Assembly: GCA_012517195.1 (NCBI GenBank)
Contig: JAAYVK010000031.1
Location: 1 to 58,360, forward strand
DNA: 58,360 bases
Reading direction: 5' to 3'
From: Synergistaceae bacterium
GTDB lineage: Bacteria; Synergistota; Synergistia; Synergistales; 79-D21
Positions 40,995 to 48,693 of the stretch are shown here, piece after piece. How positions within the stretch are numbered: the stretch's first letter is position 1; every line of letters starts with the position of its first letter. Both the position numbers and the translations under genes were made by a program. The notes beneath the pieces are model-generated. The model had not been told where the DNA came from, made no database searches, and worked only from the letters and a program-made list of their open reading frames with translations.

Positions 40995-42890
40995 ATGCCG
41001 CAGTTCAGGGGGAGTGCAGGACAAATCATGGAGGCAGATCATCGAAGCGCCTGGGAGATTTTAAAGGAATGGGGAATCCACCGTGGCGCTGTGGCTGCCT
41101 TCGTGAACGGGAAGCCAACGGACCTGAAGACCGTCCTCGATTTTGACGCTACCGTGGAACCGATCCCGGCGGATAGCGAAACGGGACTAGAAATCCTGCG
41201 TCATTCCGCATCGCACCTCATGGCTCAGGCCGTTCTGCACCTGTATCCGGGAACGAAGGTCGCGATCGGACCCTCGATCAAGGATGGATTCTACTATGAT
41301 TTCGAGCTTCCGGTTCCGGTTTCCGAAGAGGACCTGCCCAAAATCGAGGAAGAGATGAAGCGGCTTGCACGGGAAGCCCTACCGGTGGAGCGGCTTGAGA
41401 TCCCCCGGGAGAAACTGATGGAAAAATACACGGCAACGGGGGAAGTCTACAAGGCGGAGCTTCTCGAGGATATTCCGGATGAAACGGTTTCCGTCTATCG
41501 GCAGGGGGATTTCGAGGATATGTGCCGCGGTCCTCACGTGCCTGACACTTCCTTCCTCCGTCACACGAAACTTCTCTCCGTCGCGGGGGCTTATTGGCGC
41601 GGAGATGAAAAGAACCGCATGCTCACCAGAATTTACGGCACGGCATTCGCCGACAGGGAAGCCCTGGACGCTCACATCAAGAAAATGGAGGAGGCCCGCC
41701 GGAGAGATCACCGGAAACTCGGGAAAGAACTGGATTTGTTCAGCATCCAGCCGGAAGGGCCCGGGTTCCCCTGTTTTCACCCCAAAGGCATGGTGATCCT
41801 GAACACCCTGGTTGATTTTTGGAGACGGGAGCATGTCCGGCGCGGATACTCCGAGATCCGGACACCGCTGATTCTCGATAAGGACCTTTGGGTCCGTTCG
41901 GGCCATTGGGACCATTACAAGGAGAACATGTACTTTACGGAAATTGATGAGAAGCCCTACGCGATCAAGCCCATGAACTGCCCGGGCGGTCTTCTGGTCT
42001 ACAAGAGTTCGCTGAAAAGCTACCGGGATTTGCCGCTGCGGATGGCGGAACTCGGGATCGTCCACCGCCATGAACGGTCCGGGGTGCTTCACGGGCTCAT
42101 GAGAGTGCGGTGCTTTACGCAGGATGACGCGCACCTGTACGTTACCCCGGCCCAGATCAAGCAAGAGATTCTCGGGATCATGGACCTGACCCGCTATATC
42201 TATCGGGATGTGTTTGGATTCAATTATCACGTGGAATTGTCGACGCGACCGGAAAAGGCCATGGGCAGCCTTGAAATGTGGGAAAGGGCAGAAACCGCCC
42301 TTGAAGAGGCACTGAGGGAAAGCGGTGTGCCGTACCGCGTGAATCCCGGGGATGGGGCCTTTTACGGTCCCAAGATCGATTTTCACTTGGAGGACTGCAT
42401 CGGGAGGACTTGGCAGTGCGGCACAATCCAGCTGGATTTCCAGATGCCGGAACGCTTCGACATCACCTACGTGGGAGCGGACGGAGGTCAGCACCGGCCG
42501 GTCATGCTTCATCGAACCGTCTTTGGAAGCCTTGAGCGTTTTCTTGGAATTCTGATCGAGCATTTTGCGGGAGCCTTTCCCTACTGGATTGCCCCGGTCC
42601 AGGTGAAGGTCATTCCCGTGAAACCCGAGCTGGAAGAATACGCGAAAGAGATAGAAGCCAGGGTGAAAGGCTGGGGAGTGCGCGTCGAGACAGACCTGAG
42701 GGATGAGAAACTCGGGAAGAAAATTCGCGATGCACAGGTTCAAAAGGTCCCTTACATGGTGGTCCTCGGCGAAAGGGAGATGGCGGAGAAAACCCTGTCG
42801 GTCAGGGATCGTTCGCTGGGTGACTTGGGAACGATGACGCCTGATGCTTTCAAGGAAAAACTGGAATCGGAGTTTGACCCCCGGCACTGA
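40995..42890 (+). CDS. thrS: Threonyl-tRNA synthetase
   Basis: 631 aa. It has a TGS-like N-terminus, the editing-domain motif ILRHSASHLMAQAV, a class II core and an anticodon-binding domain. GGAGGG lies 7 nt upstream of the ATG at 40995. Confidence 0.95.
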   Translation: MPQFRGSAGQIMEADHRSAWEILKEWGIHRGAVAAFVNGKPTDLKTVLDFDATVEPIPADSETGLEILRHSASHLMAQAVLHLYPGTKVAIGPSIKDGFYYDFELPVPVSEEDLPKIEEEMKRLAREALPVERLEIPREKLMEKYTATGEVYKAELLEDIPDETVSVYRQGDFEDMCRGPHVPDTSFLRHTKLLSVAGAYWRGDEKNRMLTRIYGTAFADREALDAHIKKMEEARRRDHRKLGKELDLFSIQPEGPGFPCFHPKGMVILNTLVDFWRREHVRRGYSEIRTPLILDKDLWVRSGHWDHYKENMYFTEIDEKPYAIKPMNCPGGLLVYKSSLKSYRDLPLRMAELGIVHRHERSGVLHGLMRVRCFTQDDAHLYVTPAQIKQEILGIMDLTRYIYRDVFGFNYHVELSTRPEKAMGSLEMWERAETALEEALRESGVPYRVNPGDGAFYGPKIDFHLEDCIGRTWQCGTIQLDFQMPERFDITYVGADGGQHRPVMLHRTVFGSLERFLGILIEHFAGAFPYWIAPVQVKVIPVKPELEEYAKEIEARVKGWGVRVETDLRDEKLGKKIRDAQVQKVPYMVVLGEREMAEKTLSVRDRSLGDLGTMTPDAFKEKLESEFDPRH

Positions 42891-42895
42891 AAGGC

Positions 42896-42924
42896 TTGTG
42901 GAATATCGAAAACTGTGATATATT
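42896..42924 (+). promoter_or_regulatory. Candidate promoter of the infC-rpmI-rplT operon
   Basis: TTGTGG-17 nt-TATATT with an extended TG (TGaTATATT), directly after the thrS stop. Confidence 0.45.
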
Positions 42925-43042
42925 CCGCCGGTACGCTTGAGAGAAGAAGAGGGCCCACCTCTCACCTGAAGACGCCAAAGCGGCTGTTGTCGGGTTTCAA
43001 GCCGGTTCAAATGCGGGTTTGATCGCAAGTGGATCAGGTATT

Positions 43043-43080
43043 GGGGGGGGCCGCTCGTAGAGACGGCCCCCTTTATTTTT
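43043..43080 (+). terminator. Rho-independent terminator in the infC leader (thrS terminator and/or L20-type attenuator)
   Basis: gggggccg-ctcgtagaga-cggccccc followed by TTTATTTTT. It ends 4 nt before the infC SD. Confidence 0.75.
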
Positions 43081-43097
43081 GCCGGAGGTGATGAGCT

Positions 43098-43682
43098 ATA
43101 GCTACAAAACCGGATGAACCCAACGTGAACGAGGAGATCAGGGCTCAGGAGGTCCTTCTCATTGATGATCAGGGCGTCAAGTTGGGGGTGGTTCCAACGA
43201 GAGAAGCCCTGAAGCTGGCCGAAGAGCGTCTGCTGGACCTGGTTGAGGTTGCCCCGCAGGCTACTCCTCCAGTGTGTCGGATCATGGACTACGGGAAGTA
43301 CAAGTACCAGATCCAGAAACGAGACAAGGACGCTCGGAAAAAACAGAAGGTTCAGACCGTCAAAGAGATGAAGATGAGGCCCAAGATCGACGAGCACGAT
43401 TACAACTTTAAAGTTCGGGCAATCCGGGGTTTTCTGGAGAGCGGACACAGAGTGAAGGTTTCCGTCTTTTTCCGGGGACGGGAAATGGCGTTTCTCGACC
43501 GGGGCAAGGCGGTTCTCGAAAAAGTCGAAAAGGACGTGGCCGAATACGGCAAGGTGGAAATGGAACCGCGCATGGAGGGCCGATACATGAGAATGATGGT
43601 TGCACCCGTGCCCTCCACGAAAAAGCCGGCATCCAAAGCGGAGGGCTCGAAGCTGACCGAAGAAGGCGAAAACCGAGGATAA
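43098..43682 (+). CDS. infC: Translation initiation factor IF-3, probable non-canonical ATA start
   Basis: ...[22 protein letters not shown]...[15 protein letters not shown]...[13 protein letters not shown].... GGAGGTG (43084-43090) lies 7 nt before the in-frame ATA at 43098. An in-frame stop lies at 43092. The first conventional start is the GTG at 43125, which has no SD. Confidence 0.85.
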   Translation: MATKPDEPNVNEEIRAQEVLLIDDQGVKLGVVPTREALKLAEERLLDLVEVAPQATPPVCRIMDYGKYKYQIQKRDKDARKKQKVQTVKEMKMRPKIDEHDYNFKVRAIRGFLESGHRVKVSVFFRGREMAFLDRGKAVLEKVEKDVAEYGKVEMEPRMEGRYMRMMVAPVPSTKKPASKAEGSKLTEEGENRG

Positions 43683-43744
43683 CCCCCCGAACCCGGGGGC
43701 TGACAAAGAGCTGTTTCGAATCATACAAGGGGGGACTTGTTCAG

Positions 43745-43942
43745 ATGCCCAAGATGAAGACGCATTCGGGGGCCAAGAAGCGTTTCCGCACGACCGGAAC
43801 GGGGAAGGTGACGTATCAGAAGGGCGGAAGAAGGCATATCCTGGAATCGAAAAATTCCAAGAGGACGCGTACCTTGCGCAGGAAAGGCTATCTTTCCGGG
43901 GCGATCGAGGATCGCGTGAAGGTCCTTCTGGTTGGCCGTTAA
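43745..43942 (+). CDS. rpmI: 50S ribosomal protein L35
   Basis: [33 protein letters not shown]..., 65 aa. Confidence 0.96.
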   Translation: MPKMKTHSGAKKRFRTTGTGKVTYQKGGRRHILESKNSKRTRTLRRKGYLSGAIEDRVKVLLVGR

Positions 43943-43985
43943 GTCGGACCAGTCGTTCCAGAAACCGAAAGAGGAGTGATCTCCC

Positions 43986-44345
43986 ATGGCAAGGGTAAAG
44001 GGCGGAAGCGCCAGTAACAGCAAGCGGAAAAAACTCTTCAGCATCACCAGGGGATACTGGGGAAGAAAAAAGAACGTCTACCGGCGTGCCCGCGAGGCGT
44101 TCCTCCGGTCGATGACGAACGCTTTCCGGGATCGGAAGGCGAAAAAACGGGAGTATCGGAAGCTCTGGATTATCCGCGTCAATGCGGCGGCCCGGATGAA
44201 CGGCATGTCCTACAGCAGTTTCATGCACGGATTGAAACTGGCGGGGATTGAGCTCAACAGGAAGATCCTTGCAGATATGGCCGTAAACGACATGCCGGCT
44301 TTCGTCAAGCTGGTCGAAAAATCCAGGGAAGCGCTGGTTCGTTAA
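43986..44345 (+). CDS. rplT: 50S ribosomal protein L20
   Basis: [38 protein letters not shown]...[12 protein letters not shown]... Confidence 0.96.
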   Translation: MARVKGGSASNSKRKKLFSITRGYWGRKKNVYRRAREAFLRSMTNAFRDRKAKKREYRKLWIIRVNAAARMNGMSYSSFMHGLKLAGIELNRKILADMAVNDMPAFVKLVEKSREALVR

Positions 44346-44376
44346 TTCCCGGCTTTCTCCCTTTTCTGGATGCGAC

Positions 44377-44418
44377 ATCATAGGGTTCCCGCGCAAAACG
44401 GCGCAGGAACCCTATGAT
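44377..44418 (+). terminator. Hairpin after rplT (possible terminator)
   Basis: 13-bp stem atcatagggttcc/ggaaccctatgat with a 16-nt loop, followed by cTTTc. The T-tract is weak. Confidence 0.4.
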
Positions 44419-44595
44419 CTTTCGGGGGGCTTTGATTTTTCACGGGCAACGCATGGTCTTTTTCGATATACTCTTCTAGAATTGCCATGGATGAAGGGAA
44501 GCTTGAAGGGAAAAGGCATCCGGTGTCGAAACAGGGGGCGGACGGTTTACGCGAGAAACGGAAAGCGTAGCGGGGAAAGCGGGAGGGATGGCTAA

Positions 44596-45633
44596 TTGGA
44601 AACGATAAACGCAAAAATCGCAAACATCCGTGAAAATATGATGCAAGAGCTGGATTCCGCTGGTAGCAGCGAATCCCTGCAAGCTTTGCGGGTTCGATAC
44701 CTGGGGAAAAGGGGCGAGCTGACCCAGATGCTCCGCTCTCTGGGGAATTTGCCGCCGGAAAAACGGCCAGCCGCGGGTCAGGCTTTAAACGAGCTGCGCC
44801 AGGAAATTGAGGCCGCCCTTGAAGCCAGGTCCCTTCTGATCGCACGAGCTGAAGATGAGGCCCGGGAGGCCACGGACTTCGTCGACGTGACTCTTCCTCC
44901 ACGGGGCAGGGGATGGGGGGGCTTTCATCCAGTTGTCCAGACGATGAATGAGATCATCGACATCTTTGTCGGCATGGGATTTTCCGTGGCTTACGGGCCG
45001 GAAATCGAGGATGATTTCCATAACTTTGAAGCCCTGAATATCCCTCCCCACCATCCGGCACGGGACATGCAGGACACATTCTACCTGGACAACGGACGGC
45101 TCCTGCGCACACACACGAGCCCGGTGGAGGTCAGGGCAATGCTTCGATGGGGGGCCCCGCTGAGGATCATCGTGCCGGGCAAGGTCTACCGGAGGGACAG
45201 CGACCAGACACACTCCCCGATGTTTCACCAGCTTGAAGGCCTCCTGATCGACGAGGACGTTTCCCTGGCCGATCTCAAGGGATGCCTGAACACGTTCGTC
45301 GGGGCGATTTTCGGACGGCCGCTGGACAGCCGTTTCAGGGCCAGCTATTTCCCTTTCACGGAACCCTCCCTGGAGATGGATGTCGAATGTTTTGCCTGTT
45401 CCGGACGGAACCCTTCCTGCAGAATCTGCAAGGGGACGGGCTGGCTCGAAATCCTTGGGTGCGGGATGACTCATCCGAACGTCCTCCGCTACGGCGGCAT
45501 TGATCCTGACCGATACAATGGTTTTGCCTGGGGAATGGGGCCGGATCGGGTCGCCATGCTGAAGTACGGCTTGACCGACCTGAGGGTGCTTTTCGAGGGA
45601 CATGGATCGTTCCTGACAGGGGGAGGGTACTGA
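44596..45633 (+). CDS. pheS: Phenylalanyl-tRNA synthetase alpha subunit
   Basis: TTG start with GGGAGGGA upstream. ...LRVRYLGKRGELT...HPARDMQDTFY...RTHTSPVEVR...FHQLEGL...FPFTEPS...GMGPDRVAML are class II motifs 1-3. Confidence 0.95.
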   Translation: METINAKIANIRENMMQELDSAGSSESLQALRVRYLGKRGELTQMLRSLGNLPPEKRPAAGQALNELRQEIEAALEARSLLIARAEDEAREATDFVDVTLPPRGRGWGGFHPVVQTMNEIIDIFVGMGFSVAYGPEIEDDFHNFEALNIPPHHPARDMQDTFYLDNGRLLRTHTSPVEVRAMLRWGAPLRIIVPGKVYRRDSDQTHSPMFHQLEGLLIDEDVSLADLKGCLNTFVGAIFGRPLDSRFRASYFPFTEPSLEMDVECFACSGRNPSCRICKGTGWLEILGCGMTHPNVLRYGGIDPDRYNGFAWGMGPDRVAMLKYGLTDLRVLFEGHGSFLTGGGY

Positions 45634-45635
45634 TC

Positions 45636-48035
45636 ATGCGGATCTCCTGGAAGTGGCTCAACGAATTCTGCAAAATCCCGCTGTCTCCAGAAGAGGCTGC
45701 CGAGAGGCTGACCGTGACGGGCTGCGAGGTTGAAAGCATCGAACGTCCGTGTTCTACCCTGAAAGGGTTGATCGTCGGAAAGGTCGAGAAACTCCAGGTC
45801 CATCCTGAACGCTCCGACCTTTTCGTTGCCGAGGTTGAGCTTGGCGGCCCGCGGGTCCAGTGCGTGACGGCAGCGCAAAACCTGCGGGAGGGAGATACCG
45901 TTCCCTATGGTGCGCCCGGAAGCGTGATCGCGGATGGTACCGTTCTCGGAAAGCGGACTTTTGATTCCGTCGTCAGCGTCGGGATGATGCTTTCCGCCGA
46001 GGAGATCGGTCTTCCCGGGATTGCTGATGAATTCGGTATCCTGAGATTGCCGGCGGGTTTGACCGCCGGCGAGGATCTAATCAAAGCCCTGAACCTCGAC
46101 GACTGTATCCTGGAAATTTCCATTACCCCAAACCGCGGGGATCTCCTCAGCCTGATCGGGCTAGCCCGGGAGTGCTACGGAGTGATCGAGGGTTCAACCC
46201 TCGAGAAGCAAGAACTTAAGCCGCCCCGGATCGGTGACCCCGGATCCGTTTCCTGGGATGGCCTGACCCTGGCAGACCCTGGATGTCCGCTGTACGGCCT
46301 GTCGTTTGCCCCTTCTGTCCAGATCAGGCCCTCCCCGATGGGAACCCGGATCCGGCTGGCCTTTTCCGGAATCCGGTCGATCAACAATATCGTGGATGCG
46401 ACGAACTACATCATGCTGGTTACGGGACAGCCGCTCCACGCATTTGACCTGGACCGGCTTCCGGCGAGGGAGATCACGGTGCGCGGAGCGAGAGAGGGAG
46501 AGCGTTTCAGAACGCTGGACGGCCAGGATCACACTCTTGCGGAAGGTGACCTGTTGATCACCAGCGGAGGCATCCCAGTGGCCCTCGCTGGAGTCATGGG
46601 GGGAGAGAACAGCGAGATTACCGCGGAAACGAAATCCGTCGCATTCGAGTCGGCCTTCTTTGAACCGCTTCGCGTCAGCCGCACTGCGCGAAGGCTGGGC
46701 ATGGGGACGGAAGCTTCGTACCGGTTCTCCCGCGGGGTCGATCCCAGCCGGGTTTTACCGACCCTTTCCTGTCTCTTTGAGTATCTCTTGAAAGATGGAG
46801 CCCACCAAGTGGAGGAAAACGTTCGTGTCGTATCTTCGAGATCCTGGGAAAAGCGGAGGATTCCCCTGACCAGGCGGAAAATGCATCGGGTCCTCCTCTG
46901 GGATGACCTGGAGCAGGCCTCGAAAATCCTGCAGAAGCTCGATTTGAAAGAAATCTCCGCAACAGGTGAAAAACGGGTTTTTGAGATCCCGACCTCCCGG
47001 GCCGATCTGTCCATCGAGGAGGACTTGATCGAAGAAGTCGGCCGCCTGAGGGGATACGAATCGGTTCCCTCCCGGATCCCTCCCCTTCTTCATGGTACCG
47101 GGAGAGTGGGAGACGAAGTGGAGGCACACCGGAGGATCCGCGTTGCTGCAATGTCCAGGGGATTCCTGGAAATCGTGACCTATAGCTTCATCAATCCAAA
47201 GTGGGTTGAATGGCTACGGATACCGGAAACGGATCCCAGGTCCCGCGGTTTCCGGCTGACAAACCCGATCAGCCAGGACCAGTCCTTGATGAGGACGACC
47301 CTCTTGCCCGGTCTCTTGCAGGCCCTGCAGACGAACTTGCGTTCCGGGTGGAAGGACCCGATTCGGCTTTTTGAGGTGGGGCGTGTCTTTCTTCCCGGAG
47401 AAGAAGGGGAGGATCACCGGGAAAGCTTGAGAATGGCAGGAGTTTCCTGGAACGGAAAGGAGCGGCGGATTCTTCACGAACCTTATCTGAAGGACGACGT
47501 TCTTAGCCTGAAAGCCGATGTGCTTGCGCTTTGCGGGAGCCGCGGGCAGATTCCAGATTTCTCCGCGGGAAGTGAACCATTCGGACACGCCGGGCAGACG
47601 GCCGAGCTGAGGCTGGAGGGGAAACCTTGCGGATACTTGACCAGTATCAAGCCGGGAATCTTGCGGGAGCTTGAGATCCCGGGGCCGGTTTTCGCCTTTG
47701 AGCTGGATATCGAATCTCTCTTGCCGGAAAAAGGGTTCCGCTTCGGCCAGGTCGTTCGCTATCCGGCCGTTTATAGGGATATTTCGCTGATTGCGCCGCT
47801 GAGCAGGCCTGCCGCGTCGGTCGAGGAAGATCTTCGGAAACTCGGAGGAAGCCTGTTGCGTGAACTGGTCCTTTTTGACGTGTACCAGGGGGCCGGAATC
47901 CCTGAAGGAACGAGAAGCCTCGCCTTTTCCCTGGCCTATGGAGATCCGGGCCGAACACTCAGGGACGAAGAGGTGGATGCGATACACGAACAGCTCCGGA
48001 GGAACCTTTCGGAAAAGGGGTATATCTTGAGGTAG
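45636..48035 (+). CDS. pheT: Phenylalanyl-tRNA synthetase beta subunit
   Basis: MRISWKWLNEFCKIPLSPEEAAERLTVTGCEVE.... 799 aa with B3/4, B5 and FDX-ACB regions. It starts 2 nt after pheS. Confidence 0.95.
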   Translation: MRISWKWLNEFCKIPLSPEEAAERLTVTGCEVESIERPCSTLKGLIVGKVEKLQVHPERSDLFVAEVELGGPRVQCVTAAQNLREGDTVPYGAPGSVIADGTVLGKRTFDSVVSVGMMLSAEEIGLPGIADEFGILRLPAGLTAGEDLIKALNLDDCILEISITPNRGDLLSLIGLARECYGVIEGSTLEKQELKPPRIGDPGSVSWDGLTLADPGCPLYGLSFAPSVQIRPSPMGTRIRLAFSGIRSINNIVDATNYIMLVTGQPLHAFDLDRLPAREITVRGAREGERFRTLDGQDHTLAEGDLLITSGGIPVALAGVMGGENSEITAETKSVAFESAFFEPLRVSRTARRLGMGTEASYRFSRGVDPSRVLPTLSCLFEYLLKDGAHQVEENVRVVSSRSWEKRRIPLTRRKMHRVLLWDDLEQASKILQKLDLKEISATGEKRVFEIPTSRADLSIEEDLIEEVGRLRGYESVPSRIPPLLHGTGRVGDEVEAHRRIRVAAMSRGFLEIVTYSFINPKWVEWLRIPETDPRSRGFRLTNPISQDQSLMRTTLLPGLLQALQTNLRSGWKDPIRLFEVGRVFLPGEEGEDHRESLRMAGVSWNGKERRILHEPYLKDDVLSLKADVLALCGSRGQIPDFSAGSEPFGHAGQTAELRLEGKPCGYLTSIKPGILRELEIPGPVFAFELDIESLLPEKGFRFGQVVRYPAVYRDISLIAPLSRPAASVEEDLRKLGGSLLRELVLFDVYQGAGIPEGTRSLAFSLAYGDPGRTLRDEEVDAIHEQLRRNLSEKGYILR

Positions 48036-48138
48036 AAACGGCCGTTCTAGGTGCGGCGGAAGTTCCCGTATTCGAAAAGCAGGGTCCGGCAGAAATGGTT
48101 TCAGGGTACTAAATGAAAATTGAAAAAAAGGAGTTCGA

Positions 48139-48693
48139 GTGAATCTTCACATGGGGCAATTTTCGGCAACAGACATGATCTTGGGCGCGATTGCGGTTTT
48201 CTGGATCGGAAAGGGATTCTTTATCGGATTCTCCGGTGTAGTGTTTTCCCTGCTGGGGATCCTGGCAGGGCTTCTGGTCGCTTTCAAATGGAGCAGAGCC
48301 CTTGCCCTTTCCCTTCTTGGACTGTCCAGCACCCCTCGGATCTCCGAGGGGTTTTTAACCGTTTTTTCCGGCATCGTCCTGTTTATTGCCTGCAATCTTG
48401 CCGCCGCCTTGGTTTGCCGGCTGACTCGGAAAGGGTTGAAGGCCGCCCGCCTGGGGGGGCTGGATCGATTCCTGGGGGCGCTTGCCGGCGGAGCAAAGGC
48501 TGCGCTCCTGATCCTTTTCCTTTTCGGATCCTCCCATCTTATCTTCAGCGAAAACCCGCCGCGGTGGATGGCTGAAAGCCGCCTGCTGAAGGTTGCGGCC
48601 CGGGCATGGCCGGAAACGGAGAAAGTCCTTGCAGAATGGAAGATCCTTGAGATGAAGGGATTCCCTTCCATTCCGCCGGAACCAAGACCATGA
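48139..48693 (+). CDS. cvpA: CvpA-family membrane protein
   Basis: Four hydrophobic segments. ...DMILGAIAVFWIGKGFFIGFSGVVFSLLGILAG... is a CvpA-like N-terminus. GTG start 5 nt after AAAGGAG (alternative ATG at 48151). cvpA-mutS2 synteny. Confidence 0.75.
   Translation: MNLHMGQFSATDMILGAIAVFWIGKGFFIGFSGVVFSLLGILAGLLVAFKWSRALALSLLGLSSTPRISEGFLTVFSGIVLFIACNLAAALVCRLTRKGLKAARLGGLDRFLGALAGGAKAALLILFLFGSSHLIFSENPPRWMAESRLLKVAARAWPETEKVLAEWKILEMKGFPSIPPEPRP

Noticed and set aside
41379-44396. A 1005-codon stop-free ORF on the minus strand spanning thrS, the infC leader, infC, rpmI and rplT
   Set aside because: Its codons are phase-aligned antisense to thrS, infC and rplT. This is the shadow frame in which stops correspond to rare TTA/CTA/TCA sense codons in a GC-rich genome. 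The translation is Arg/Pro/Gly/His-rich with no recognisable domain. It runs through a terminator and three ribosomal or translation genes whose sense-strand identity is unambiguous. It is striking in length but best explained as a statistical shadow ORF. Only strand-specific Ribo-seq could revive it.
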